A DNA stretch of 62,651 nt from Candidatus Magasanikbacteria bacterium CG1_02_32_51 (lineage in GTDB: Bacteria > Patescibacteriota > Patescibacteriia > Magasanikbacterales > UBA922). Of this stretch, positions 39,566 through 48,708 are shown piece by piece. The notes beneath the pieces were generated by a model. The model saw only the letters and a program-made list of their open reading frames with translations. It did not search any database and was not told where the DNA came from. How positions within the stretch are numbered: the first letter of the stretch is position 1; every line of letters begins with the position of its first letter. The position numbers and the translations under genes are program-made. The stretch is from assembly GCA_001871435.1 (NCBI GenBank), contig MNVC01000012.1, positions 1 through 62,651 of the forward strand, in the 5' to 3' direction.

Positions 39566-40243
39566 CTAATCACTTGGTACATTGACAGTCACTGACATAT
39601 AGTCAGTATATTTGGTATCTTGGTTATCCACAGTATAAAGTACTCCAGTTATATTTTCAGCATTTTCTGAAAAAGTGAATTCTTTAATATCTTTGTTGTC
39701 ACTTTCTTGCCCTATTTCAAAACCTTTCTTTTTTAGTTCTGTTTTGTAGTACTCAAGTAAGAAATCTTGGGTAGCATCTAATTCTATCCATTCTATTTTA
39801 TAAATATCTCTTTCATCAGACAAAGGTTTTTGCATAAAGGAAATTAGTTTATCAATATTGGTCATTTTTTCATTTTCTGGTTTTGTCCTAGGAATATATT
39901 TATTATTTTTATCAAAGTAAATTATAAAAGGGGATAAAACTAATTTTGGTAAGAAGGCGGTTCTTTCTATTTTTGTACTTTTTTCTTTACCAGAAGTATG
40001 ACTAATTTTTTCAATATTGTTTACATCGTAAATAGGAATTTTGTTAGTAAAATTTTCTGGTAAATCTTTTAGTTCTTTACTGGTTGGACCAAAAGAAAAC
40101 TTCAATAATAGTATAGAAATAATAAAAAGTATAGTAAAACAACCACAACCAGTAGCACAGCTAGATTTTAGGCAGGATCTTTGTTTGTTTAGCTCTTCTA
40201 TTGGTGGTTCTTTTATTTTGATTTTGTCGATTTCTTGACGCAT
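39566..40243 (-). CDS. Hypothetical single-TM protein with a Cys-rich juxtamembrane motif
   Basis: SCLKSSCATGCGCF followed by a TM helix. Confidence 0.7.
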   Translation of the reverse strand: MRQEIDKIKIKEPPIEELNKQRSCLKSSCATGCGCFTILFIISILLLKFSFGPTSKELKDLPENFTNKIPIYDVNNIEKISHTSGKEKSTKIERTAFLPKLVLSPFIIYFDKNNKYIPRTKPENEKMTNIDKLISFMQKPLSDERDIYKIEWIELDATQDFLLEYYKTELKKKGFEIGQESDNKDIKEFTFSENAENITGVLYTVDNQDTKYTDYMSVTVNVPSD

Positions 40244-40464
40244 ATTATAATGAAGATTATAGCAAATATTTAGTCAAAAGTCCATAACGTCAAAAGTTCT
40301 TAAAGTTAAAAGTCTATAAAGTCGTAATCGTAAAAATATTACATTTTTATATAATGACTTTATACTTTATGGACTTTATAGACTTTCGACTAATACACTA
40401 ATTTTCGTAGTTCTAAGTATTATGTTATAATAAAAGAACTAATTTTTTAAAAAATATATAACTT

Positions 40465-41820
40465 ATGAAGATACACTTTAGTGGAGCAGATGGTGAAGTT
40501 ACAGGTTCTTGTCATCTTTTGGATACTGGCAAAATGAAAATTCTTATTGATTGTGGAATGTTTCAAGGTGGAGATTTCAATGAAGGACTTAATCATGATG
40601 TCTTTCCTTTTGATCCAAAGGAAATTGATGTACTCTTGGTAACTCATGCTCATTTGGATCATATTGGACGTATTCCAAAACTTGTCAAAGATGGTTTTGG
40701 TGGCAAAATTTATGCTATCAAAGGTACAAAAGACTTGATGCCACTTATTTGGTATGATGCCTACAATATTATGGCTTATGATAATCGTAAATTTGGTTAT
40801 CCTGTGTTATTTGACGAAGTAGATGTGGCTGAAGCTCAAGCTCTTTGTCATGGACTAAATTATCATGAGGAATTGGATCTTGGTAATGGTGTCAAAGCTA
40901 TTTGGAAAGATGCTGGCCATATTTTTGGTTCAGCTTTTATTGAAATTACTGTAGGTGACAAGAAATTTGTTTTTTCCGGAGATATTGGTAATGAAAATGT
41001 TCCAATTTTGAAAAATACTGAAAGTATTAGTCCAGATGTGGACTATGTTATTTGTGAATCTACTTATGGTAATCGTATCCATGAAGGTACTGATGTTAGA
41101 AAGAATATTATATCTAATTTAATAATAAATAGTGTCAAAAGAGGAGGTACAATTATGGTGCCAGCTTTTTCTCTTGAACGTACACAAGAATTTCTTTATG
41201 AATTGAACGAAATCAGTGAATATGATCATAATTTGCCAAATGTGCCTATTTTTCTTGATAGTCCTTTAGCAATTGATGCTACCAAAGTTTACAAAAAATA
41301 TCCAGAATATTATGATGAAGAAGCCCAAAAGTTGCATCTAGATGGTGATGATTTTCTCAATTTTCCTCAGCTTCAAGTGACTTATGGTAAAAGAGATTCA
41401 CAAAAAATAAATCATACTCCAGGTCCAAAAATGGTGATTGCTGGTGCTGGTATGATGAATGGTGGTAGAATATTGCATCATGCTCTAAGATATTTGTCTG
41501 ATCCCAATTCTACTCTTATTATTGTTGGTTACCAGGCTTATGGTACTTTGGGTCGAAAAATTTATGAAGGTCAAAAACATGTCAAAGTAATGGGAGAAGA
41601 TGTTGAGGTTAGGTGTACTATCAAAGCTATTGGTGCTTTGTCTGCTCATGGTGATCAAATTAAATTATTAAAATGGTTGGGTACTGACAAAAAAAGATTA
41701 AAAAAAGTATTTTGTGTACATGGTGAAGATGACGCTCTGACAGTTTTTGCTGGTAAAATAAAAAGCGATTTGAAAATAGAGGCTTATATACCAAAGTATG
41801 GTGAAGTGGTGGAAGTATAA
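40465..41820 (+). CDS. Metallo-beta-lactamase/beta-CASP nuclease
   Basis: VTGSC; THAHLDHIG; AGHIFGS; SGDIG; ESTYG; SAHGD; VHGE. Confidence 0.93.
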   Translation: MKIHFSGADGEVTGSCHLLDTGKMKILIDCGMFQGGDFNEGLNHDVFPFDPKEIDVLLVTHAHLDHIGRIPKLVKDGFGGKIYAIKGTKDLMPLIWYDAYNIMAYDNRKFGYPVLFDEVDVAEAQALCHGLNYHEELDLGNGVKAIWKDAGHIFGSAFIEITVGDKKFVFSGDIGNENVPILKNTESISPDVDYVICESTYGNRIHEGTDVRKNIISNLIINSVKRGGTIMVPAFSLERTQEFLYELNEISEYDHNLPNVPIFLDSPLAIDATKVYKKYPEYYDEEAQKLHLDGDDFLNFPQLQVTYGKRDSQKINHTPGPKMVIAGAGMMNGGRILHHALRYLSDPNSTLIIVGYQAYGTLGRKIYEGQKHVKVMGEDVEVRCTIKAIGALSAHGDQIKLLKWLGTDKKRLKKVFCVHGEDDALTVFAGKIKSDLKIEAYIPKYGEVVEV

Positions 41821-41830
41821 TTTTTTTGAA

Positions 41831-44236
41831 ATGGATAAACATAAATTCAAATTAAAATCCAAATATAAACCAGCAGGATCTCAGCCTGAAGCTATAAAAG
41901 GTTTAGTTTTTGGTTTACAAAAAGATTATAAGAATCAAACCTTACTTGGTGTGACTGGCTCAGGTAAGACTTTTACAGTAGCTAATGTAATTGAAAAAGT
42001 TCAAATGCCAACATTAGTGATTGCTCACAATAAGACTCTTGCAGCTCAACTTTGCAATGAGTTTCGGGAATTCTTCCCAGATAATGCTGTGGAATATTTT
42101 GTGTCATATTATGATTACTATCAGCCTGAAGCATATATGCCAGGCAGTGATACTTATATTGAAAAAGAAGCCCAGATAAATGAAGAAATAGATAGGCTCC
42201 GTCATGCTTGTACACAAGCTTTGATTACTCGTAGTGACGTGATTGTAGTAGCTTCTGTTTCGGCAATTTACAATCTTGGTAATCCATTAGATTATGAAAA
42301 AACAGTTTTACATCTTGAAGTCGGACAAAATTTGGATAGACGAGGGATGCTTGAAAAACTTGTTTCTATGCAATTTGATAGAAATAATACAGAGTTGAAG
42401 AGAGGACAATTCCGGATGCGTGGGCAAGTCTTTGAAATAATGCCAGTCAATGAAGAATTGATTTATCGTTTTGAAATTAGTGATAAAATTGATTTGATAG
42501 AAATAGTAGATCCTATTACAAGAAATATTTTGAGTAGTTCAACAAGAGGTTCTTCGACTTCCACTTCGCTTCGCTCAGGGTCGCTCAGGACAAACGTTCT
42601 TTCAGACGTTTGGTTTTTCCCAGCTAAGCATTATGTAATAAATGAAAATGAACAGTTGCAAGCTTTTTCAACTATTGAAAATGAACTAAAAGATAGGTTA
42701 GAATTTTTTAAAAAACATAGTAAGGCTCTAGAATATGAAAGATTGAAAAGAAAAGTAAAATATGATTTGGAAATGATCAAAGAAGTTGGTTATTGTAGTG
42801 GTATAGAAAATTATTCTCGCCATTTTGATGGACGTAAAGAAGGTGAACCGGCTTTTACTTTGATTGATTATTTCAAATATGCTGCCGGGACCTCACCAGC
42901 TTCGTCTGGGTCGGAGTCGACCTCTCCTAATAGGAGAGGTGCTGACGTTGTCAAAAACAAGGGATTTCTTACCATCATAGATGAGTCACACGTTACTTTG
43001 CCACAAATTCGTGGTATGTATTTTGGAGATAAGGCTCGTAAAGAAAATTTGATAGAACATGGCTTTAGATTACCAAGTGCTTTGGATAATCGTCCACTTA
43101 TTTTTGATGAATTTATTAATAGAACCCAAAAAACTATTTTTGTGTCTGCTACTCCCGCAGAATATGAAATTAAAAATAGTGGTCAAGTCGTGGAACAAAT
43201 TGTTCGTCCAACTGGACTAATTGATCCAGAAATTATTATTTGTTCAGTGACTGGTGGCAAAGTTCTCCCCCTAGTAGGGGGAGTTACCCTCCCAAGGCGG
43301 GTCCGCCTAGGGTGGAGAGGGGGTCTGCAAGCAAATGAAAACGTTGTAACTCAAGATGGACCCCTCCCAACCTCCCCTAATAGGGGAGGAGTTTCTAGGT
43401 CACAAGTTGAGGATGTCATGGAGCGTATCCAAGTTAGAGTGAAGCAAGGTGAGCGTACTTTGGTTACAACACTAACAAAACGCATGGCAGAAGATTTGAG
43501 TGACTATCTAAAAGAACAAAAAATAAAAGTTGAATATCTGCATAGTGATATCAAGACAATTGAAAGAATTGAAATTATAACCAAACTTCGCAAAGGTGAA
43601 ATAGATGTAATTGTTGGTGTCAATTTGCTTCGTGAAGGTCTGGACATTCCAGAAGTATCTCTCGTGGCAATTCTTGATGCTGACAAAGAGGGTTTTTTAC
43701 GTAATGAGACAAGTCTAGTCCAGACTATTGGTCGGGCCGCACGTAATGTCAATGGTCAAGTAGTAATGTATGCTGATGAAATGACGAAGTCTATTGATAG
43801 GGCTGTTTTTGAGACCCAGAGACGTCGTGAGATTCAGTTGGCTTATAATAAAAAACATAATATTACTCCAAAAACTATTGAAAAAAATATCCGTAATATT
43901 TTGGAAGAATTTGGTCTCACTAGTACAAGTATCAAAAATACCAAAACAAAAAGTAACAGACGTGATAGGAGTATTTTGAATCTAGATATTATGGGAGATG
44001 CTAGACCTCTCAAAGAAATAATTAAAGAAAAAGAATTCAAGATGCGTGAAGCTGCAACAAAATTGGAATTTGAATTAGCTGCTTTATTGCGTGATGAAGT
44101 TAGAGAATTAAAAGCTAGAGAGAAGACGGGGGATAGTCGGAAGTCTGGGAAGTCCATTCCACCAAAGGTGGACTCGTCTACGCGAGAAAGTCGAAAGTCA
44201 CAAAAGCTAAAAAGTAAAATTGTTAAATATTTATAA
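41831..44236 (+). CDS. uvrB: Excinuclease ABC subunit B with several repeat-derived in-frame insertions
   Basis: LLGVTGSGKT; YYDYYQPEAY; DESH; SATP; NLLREGLD; QTIGRAARN. Confidence 0.98.
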   Translation: MDKHKFKLKSKYKPAGSQPEAIKGLVFGLQKDYKNQTLLGVTGSGKTFTVANVIEKVQMPTLVIAHNKTLAAQLCNEFREFFPDNAVEYFVSYYDYYQPEAYMPGSDTYIEKEAQINEEIDRLRHACTQALITRSDVIVVASVSAIYNLGNPLDYEKTVLHLEVGQNLDRRGMLEKLVSMQFDRNNTELKRGQFRMRGQVFEIMPVNEELIYRFEISDKIDLIEIVDPITRNILSSSTRGSSTSTSLRSGSLRTNVLSDVWFFPAKHYVINENEQLQAFSTIENELKDRLEFFKKHSKALEYERLKRKVKYDLEMIKEVGYCSGIENYSRHFDGRKEGEPAFTLIDYFKYAAGTSPASSGSESTSPNRRGADVVKNKGFLTIIDESHVTLPQIRGMYFGDKARKENLIEHGFRLPSALDNRPLIFDEFINRTQKTIFVSATPAEYEIKNSGQVVEQIVRPTGLIDPEIIICSVTGGKVLPLVGGVTLPRRVRLGWRGGLQANENVVTQDGPLPTSPNRGGVSRSQVEDVMERIQVRVKQGERTLVTTLTKRMAEDLSDYLKEQKIKVEYLHSDIKTIERIEIITKLRKGEIDVIVGVNLLREGLDIPEVSLVAILDADKEGFLRNETSLVQTIGRAARNVNGQVVMYADEMTKSIDRAVFETQRRREIQLAYNKKHNITPKTIEKNIRNILEEFGLTSTSIKNTKTKSNRRDRSILNLDIMGDARPLKEIIKEKEFKMREAATKLEFELAALLRDEVRELKAREKTGDSRKSGKSIPPKVDSSTRESRKSQKLKSKIVKYL

Positions 44237-44238
44237 AT

Positions 44239-44328
44239 CATTGTACCATTGCCCTATTGTCCCATTGTCCCATTGTGGTTTTCAATTTGTCAGTTGGGCA
44301 ATAAAACAATGGAACAATAAAAAACCGG
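44239..44328. repeat. CCATTG/CAATGG inverted array; inverted homologue at about 53790-53860
   Basis: Shared core cattgtggttttca.tttgtca between 8-nt-period ccattgt and acaatgg repeats. Confidence 0.75.
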
Positions 44329-44377
44329 TTAAGATAACCGGCTTTTGTTTTATAATAAATTTTTTTAAAGAAAACAA

Positions 44378-44656
44378 TTATTTCTTCAAAGCATCTTTCA
44401 ATCCTTTTCCAGCTTTAAATTTTGGAACAGTGACTGAAGGGATTTGAATTTTTTGACTTGGTTTCTGTGGGTTTACACCTATGCGTCCAGCACGTACTTT
44501 GGCACTGAAAGCTCCAAAACCTGAGATAGTGACTTCGTCACCACTCTGTAAAGTTTTGATTACAATTTCTACAAAAGAGGCAAGTATATTTTCTGCTTCT
44601 TTTTTGGATATACCAACTTGCTCAGCGATTTTTTGAGCCAATAACGCTTTGTTCAT
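44378..44656 (-). CDS. hup: HU family DNA-binding protein
   Basis: MNKALL...VTISGFGAF...RAGRIGVNP...VPKFKAGKGLK. Confidence 0.96.
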   Translation of the reverse strand: MNKALLAQKIAEQVGISKKEAENILASFVEIVIKTLQSGDEVTISGFGAFSAKVRAGRIGVNPQKPSQKIQIPSVTVPKFKAGKGLKDALKK

Positions 44657-44913
44657 ATTGTTTTTAATTAGTCCCTATTTTTTAGGGTGAATTATTTTAT
44701 GTCTATATTTTATAATAATATGTAAAAAGTGTCAATAGAGCCAAAAGCTTTGCTAATTTAGGAATTTTGAATTTTAAAATTTTGAAAAAATAATTTGAAA
44801 TTAAAACATTAAGAAATTGTTTTAAAATTTAAAATTACTAAATTAAAAATTAAAAATAACCCTATATTTCAAGGATTATTTTTTAAAGATAAATTTTCTT
44901 CAACTAAAACATC

Positions 44914-46440
44914 TTATCTTGCGTATTCTACAACTCTCGATTCACGAATGACATTTATTTTTATTTCGCCTGGATATTGATGTTCGTTTTCTATTTTATG
45001 AGCAATATCTTTGGCTAAATTGAAAGCTGCATAATCATCTACTTCTTCTGATTTTACAAATACGCGTATTTCACGTCCAGCTTGAATAGCATAGACTTTT
45101 TCTACGCCATTGAAACTAGAAGCTGTTTTTTCTAGTTCTTCTAATCTTAGAACATATTGTTCGTAAGAATCACGACGAGCACCAATACGTGAACCAGAAA
45201 TTGCATCAGCAGCTTTGACAATTTGAGTAATAATTCTTTCTGGTTTGTCATCATGATGATGTCCAGCAGCAAGTTGAATTTCTTCGTGAAGACCAAATTT
45301 TTTCAAAATTGTTTCACCAATTTCTGGATGTCCTCCTTGAGTTTCTTGATCAACAGATTTGCCAATATCGTGAAAGAATCCAGCTTTACGAGCCATAACA
45401 GGATCTACTCCAAGTTCTTCAGCTATTAGAGCTGATAATTGAGCAACTTCGGTAGAGTGATTGATAATATTTTGTCCATAACTAGTGCGGTATTTTAGAC
45501 GACCAACAATTGATACTAGTTTAGGATCAATACCAGTAATACCAAGTTTGTACAAAACTTCTTCGCCAGCTTTTTTGATATCTAGAGATAATTCTTTTTT
45601 AGCTTCTAGGATGAATTCTTCAATTCTAGCTGGTTGAATACGACCATCTTTGATAAGTTTTTCAAGAGCAATTTGACAAACACGACGACGAATAGGTGAA
45701 AAACCAGAAATAAGAATGACACCAGGAGTATCATCAATAACAAGTTCACAGCCTGTCATTTTTTCAATAGTTTTGATATTTCGGCCATCTTTACCAATAA
45801 TACGCCCTTTCATTTCGTCACTAGGAATGACAACTGCTGTAGAAGTAGTCTCACTGGAGTGATCAGAAGCACAACGTTGAATGGAATCTATAATTATTTC
45901 ACGAGCTTTGTTTTCGTAAGTTTCACTTTTATCATGTTCTACTTTGAGGACTCTACTATACAATTCTTCTGAAGCCTCTGTTTCTATTTTTTTGAATAGT
46001 ATTTCTTTAGCTTCATCAATAGACAATTTAGCTACTTTTTCTAATTTTTCTTGAGTTTGATTTTTTATTCCATCTATTTTTTCTTTGATTTTTTGTACCT
46101 CTTCTATTTTTTCTTGTAAATGAGTTTTTTTGTCTTCAAATTCCATCAATTTTTTGTCAAACATATTTTCGCGTTGTTCCAAACGTCTTTGTGTTTGGGT
46201 GATTTCACCACGTCTATTGTTTTCATCTTTTTTGGCCTCATCAATTATTTTGATGGCTTTTTCTTTGGCTTGAAGAAGAACCTCTTGTTCTTTTTGTTTA
46301 GCTTCAATCATCATTTTTTCAGCTTTAGCCTCAATAGAATTGGCTTTGGCTTGAGCAGTCTGTTTACGAATAGTATAGCCAAGAGCTACACCGATTCCTA
46401 CACCGGCTAGGATGCCGACTATTAATATTATTTCGGACAT
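44914..46440 (-). CDS. rny: Ribonuclease Y
   Basis: N-terminal TM and coiled coil; KGRIIGKDGRNI (KH); RTSYGQN; HDIGK; YAIQAGRE. Confidence 0.98.
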   Translation of the reverse strand: MSEIILIVGILAGVGIGVALGYTIRKQTAQAKANSIEAKAEKMMIEAKQKEQEVLLQAKEKAIKIIDEAKKDENNRRGEITQTQRRLEQRENMFDKKLMEFEDKKTHLQEKIEEVQKIKEKIDGIKNQTQEKLEKVAKLSIDEAKEILFKKIETEASEELYSRVLKVEHDKSETYENKAREIIIDSIQRCASDHSSETTSTAVVIPSDEMKGRIIGKDGRNIKTIEKMTGCELVIDDTPGVILISGFSPIRRRVCQIALEKLIKDGRIQPARIEEFILEAKKELSLDIKKAGEEVLYKLGITGIDPKLVSIVGRLKYRTSYGQNIINHSTEVAQLSALIAEELGVDPVMARKAGFFHDIGKSVDQETQGGHPEIGETILKKFGLHEEIQLAAGHHHDDKPERIITQIVKAADAISGSRIGARRDSYEQYVLRLEELEKTASSFNGVEKVYAIQAGREIRVFVKSEEVDDYAAFNLAKDIAHKIENEHQYPGEIKINVIRESRVVEYAR

Positions 46441-46783
46441 AAAATTAAATTATATATTATTAAATTAAATTATTTTAGTAATAAAAAAATCTCTCAACTA
46501 CAGAGATTTTTCAAAAATTTTGATAATTTTTTGGCTTAAAATAACTATTTTTTACCTTTTATTTTGTTTTTTTGATTATTTTAAGCTATTGTTTTTACAA
46601 ACAATTTTTTAGAAGAATGAATAGTTTTGGCAGTTTTTGAGACGTTTTCAAACATAATTTGGTAATAATAAGCAAAAAATTTGCTAAACTAACTATAATT
46701 CTAGTATCAACATTTTTGTCAATTTCTATAGTTTTTACTTATAAAATGATATCATAATTGAATATTTTTGTCAATTTTATGTA

Positions 46784-47461
46784 TTAGATTTCCTTCACTT
46801 TTTTTGCATCCTCAACACTGTAGTCACCAATCCTTGTTCTTCTTAATTCCAGACAATAAGCTCCACATTCAAGAGCTTTACCAATATCTTGGGCTAGCTG
46901 TCTGATGTAGGTTCCTGTTGAACAGATTATTTCTATACTTAATTCTGGATATTTGTAATTTAGAAGTTTTATGTTGTATATTTCTATATTGCAAGCTTCT
47001 CTTTCTATTTCTTTTCCTTGTCTTGCTAGCTTATATAATCTTTGTCCTTTTACTTTTTTAGCTGAGTGCATAGGTGGAATTTGTTTTTGTTTGCCTAAGA
47101 AAGTTTTCAAAACAGTATCAACTTGTTCAAAACTAATTTCACTATCAAAATTTGTTTTGGTGATAATTCCTTCGGGATCTTGGGTGTTAGAAATTTCGCC
47201 AAGCTGTAGAGTGGCTTCATAAGTTTTATCTAGGTTTTTGAATTCATCTAATCTTTTGGTGGCATCTTTGCCTACACCAATTATAAGAAGTCCTGTAGCA
47301 AAAGGATCTAGTGTGCCTGCATGTCCCACCTTCACTCTTTTATTTTTCGTTTCGGCGGACAAGCCTATCTTTTTTACTTTTAATTTGCCACGAAGATAAG
47401 CAACTACATCATTGCTTGTCCAGTCAACTTCTTTGTCTATTAACAAAAAATTTTCTTCCAT
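46784..47461 (-). CDS. truB: tRNA pseudouridine(55) synthase
   Basis: DKEVDWTSNDVV; KVGHAGTLDPFATG; PPMHSA; STGTYIR. Confidence 0.96.
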   Translation of the reverse strand: MEENFLLIDKEVDWTSNDVVAYLRGKLKVKKIGLSAETKNKRVKVGHAGTLDPFATGLLIIGVGKDATKRLDEFKNLDKTYEATLQLGEISNTQDPEGIITKTNFDSEISFEQVDTVLKTFLGKQKQIPPMHSAKKVKGQRLYKLARQGKEIEREACNIEIYNIKLLNYKYPELSIEIICSTGTYIRQLAQDIGKALECGAYCLELRRTRIGDYSVEDAKKVKEI

Positions 47462-47599
47462 AAATTAACCTTTTATAAGTAATTTTTAAAATTTATCTAT
47501 TCAATAATTGTTTTAAAATTTAAAATTTCTAAATTAAAAATTTTTGCTGAATATGTTGCTATTTCAAATACCACGTTTACTATGGTATAATATTTTGAT

Positions 47600-48526
47600 A
47601 TGAAATACAAATCAAACAATACTTTGGGTTGGGGGGTTGCCAAGGAAAATGGGATAGAGGAATTTTGGGATGCACGTCCTATTTTTTCTGTTAACTCCGA
47701 TTTTAGTTTGGTTGATAGATTGAAATTAGTTTTTTTTCCAAAAAAACTTTTGTTGTATAATTGGATAAATAAGAGTCTAAAAGAAAAGAGAAAGGAAAAT
47801 AAACAAACTGGTAAATTCTCCAAATTACGTATTCTGGATGTTGGTTGTGGAACAGGAGCTAGTATTATTGAAATGAAAAAAATGTGGGGAAAAGAAGTAG
47901 AAGTCTATGGGGTAGATGTTATAGAGATGCAAATAGAATTAGCCAAAAAGCGTGTCAAAGAATATGGAGTCTGGGCCAAGTTTGATTATTATGAAAATAA
48001 TTTAATGCCATTCCAAAATAATTTTTTTGATGTAATTTTTTCTTCTGATGTTTTAGGACATGTAAAAAATGTAGCAAATTGGTTGGAAGAATTACAGCGT
48101 GTACTTGTACCCGGTGGTAGATTGGCCATGTTTAGTGAATCAAAATTGGGTAAACATGCCTATATTAGGAATTATCTATATAAAAGAGGTTGTAATACCG
48201 ACCCTCATACGGAGTTTCATATTTCACTTTATTCCAAAGCTGAATTAAAAGATTTGTTGAATCAAAATAGTTTTGAAGTAAAAAAGATGTATACAGCCTT
48301 TTGGCTTAGTTTCCTTGTGCATCCTGATGAATTTTATGGAACATTGCACAAACAAAAGGGTTTTTTCTTTTTACGAAATATCAATAATGTTTTATACTGG
48401 ATAAAGAAAAAGACTCAGCCCGTCTCTACAGCTTTGGCAGAGCTTTATGGCCTTGTTGAAATGCTTACTTTGGGAAGATTTTTGGAAGTGCAAGGGTATA
48501 TTGTTTTGGCTAAGAAGAAAGATTAA
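47600..48526 (+). CDS. Class I SAM-dependent methyltransferase
   Basis: ILDVGCGTG; PFQNNFFD; RVLVPGG. Confidence 0.9.
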   Translation: MKYKSNNTLGWGVAKENGIEEFWDARPIFSVNSDFSLVDRLKLVFFPKKLLLYNWINKSLKEKRKENKQTGKFSKLRILDVGCGTGASIIEMKKMWGKEVEVYGVDVIEMQIELAKKRVKEYGVWAKFDYYENNLMPFQNNFFDVIFSSDVLGHVKNVANWLEELQRVLVPGGRLAMFSESKLGKHAYIRNYLYKRGCNTDPHTEFHISLYSKAELKDLLNQNSFEVKKMYTAFWLSFLVHPDEFYGTLHKQKGFFFLRNINNVLYWIKKKTQPVSTALAELYGLVEMLTLGRFLEVQGYIVLAKKKD

Positions 48527-48708
48527 AATTTATTTGTTTAGATTGTGTGAAAAAGTTATTTTAATCAAATATACAATAGAGATAAAATTGAGATAATGTA
48601 GAGATGGTTTTTTTTGAGAAAAATTTTATTATCTCCATTGTATCTCTATTTTATCTCTTTATCTTAAGATAGTTTTAGTGTAAAATATAAACAAACTTAA
48701 TAAAAAAT

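Noticed and set aside
42549..43392. Inteins or self-splicing introns in uvrB
   Set aside because: Inserts are only about 15-45 aa, lack C/S...HN intein ends and group I/II intron size, and match intergenic palindromes.
46441..46783. Possible ncRNA in the 340-nt gap between truB and rny
   Set aside because: Extremely AT-rich, with only a terminator-like hairpin near 46484-46511; no recognisable RNA family.
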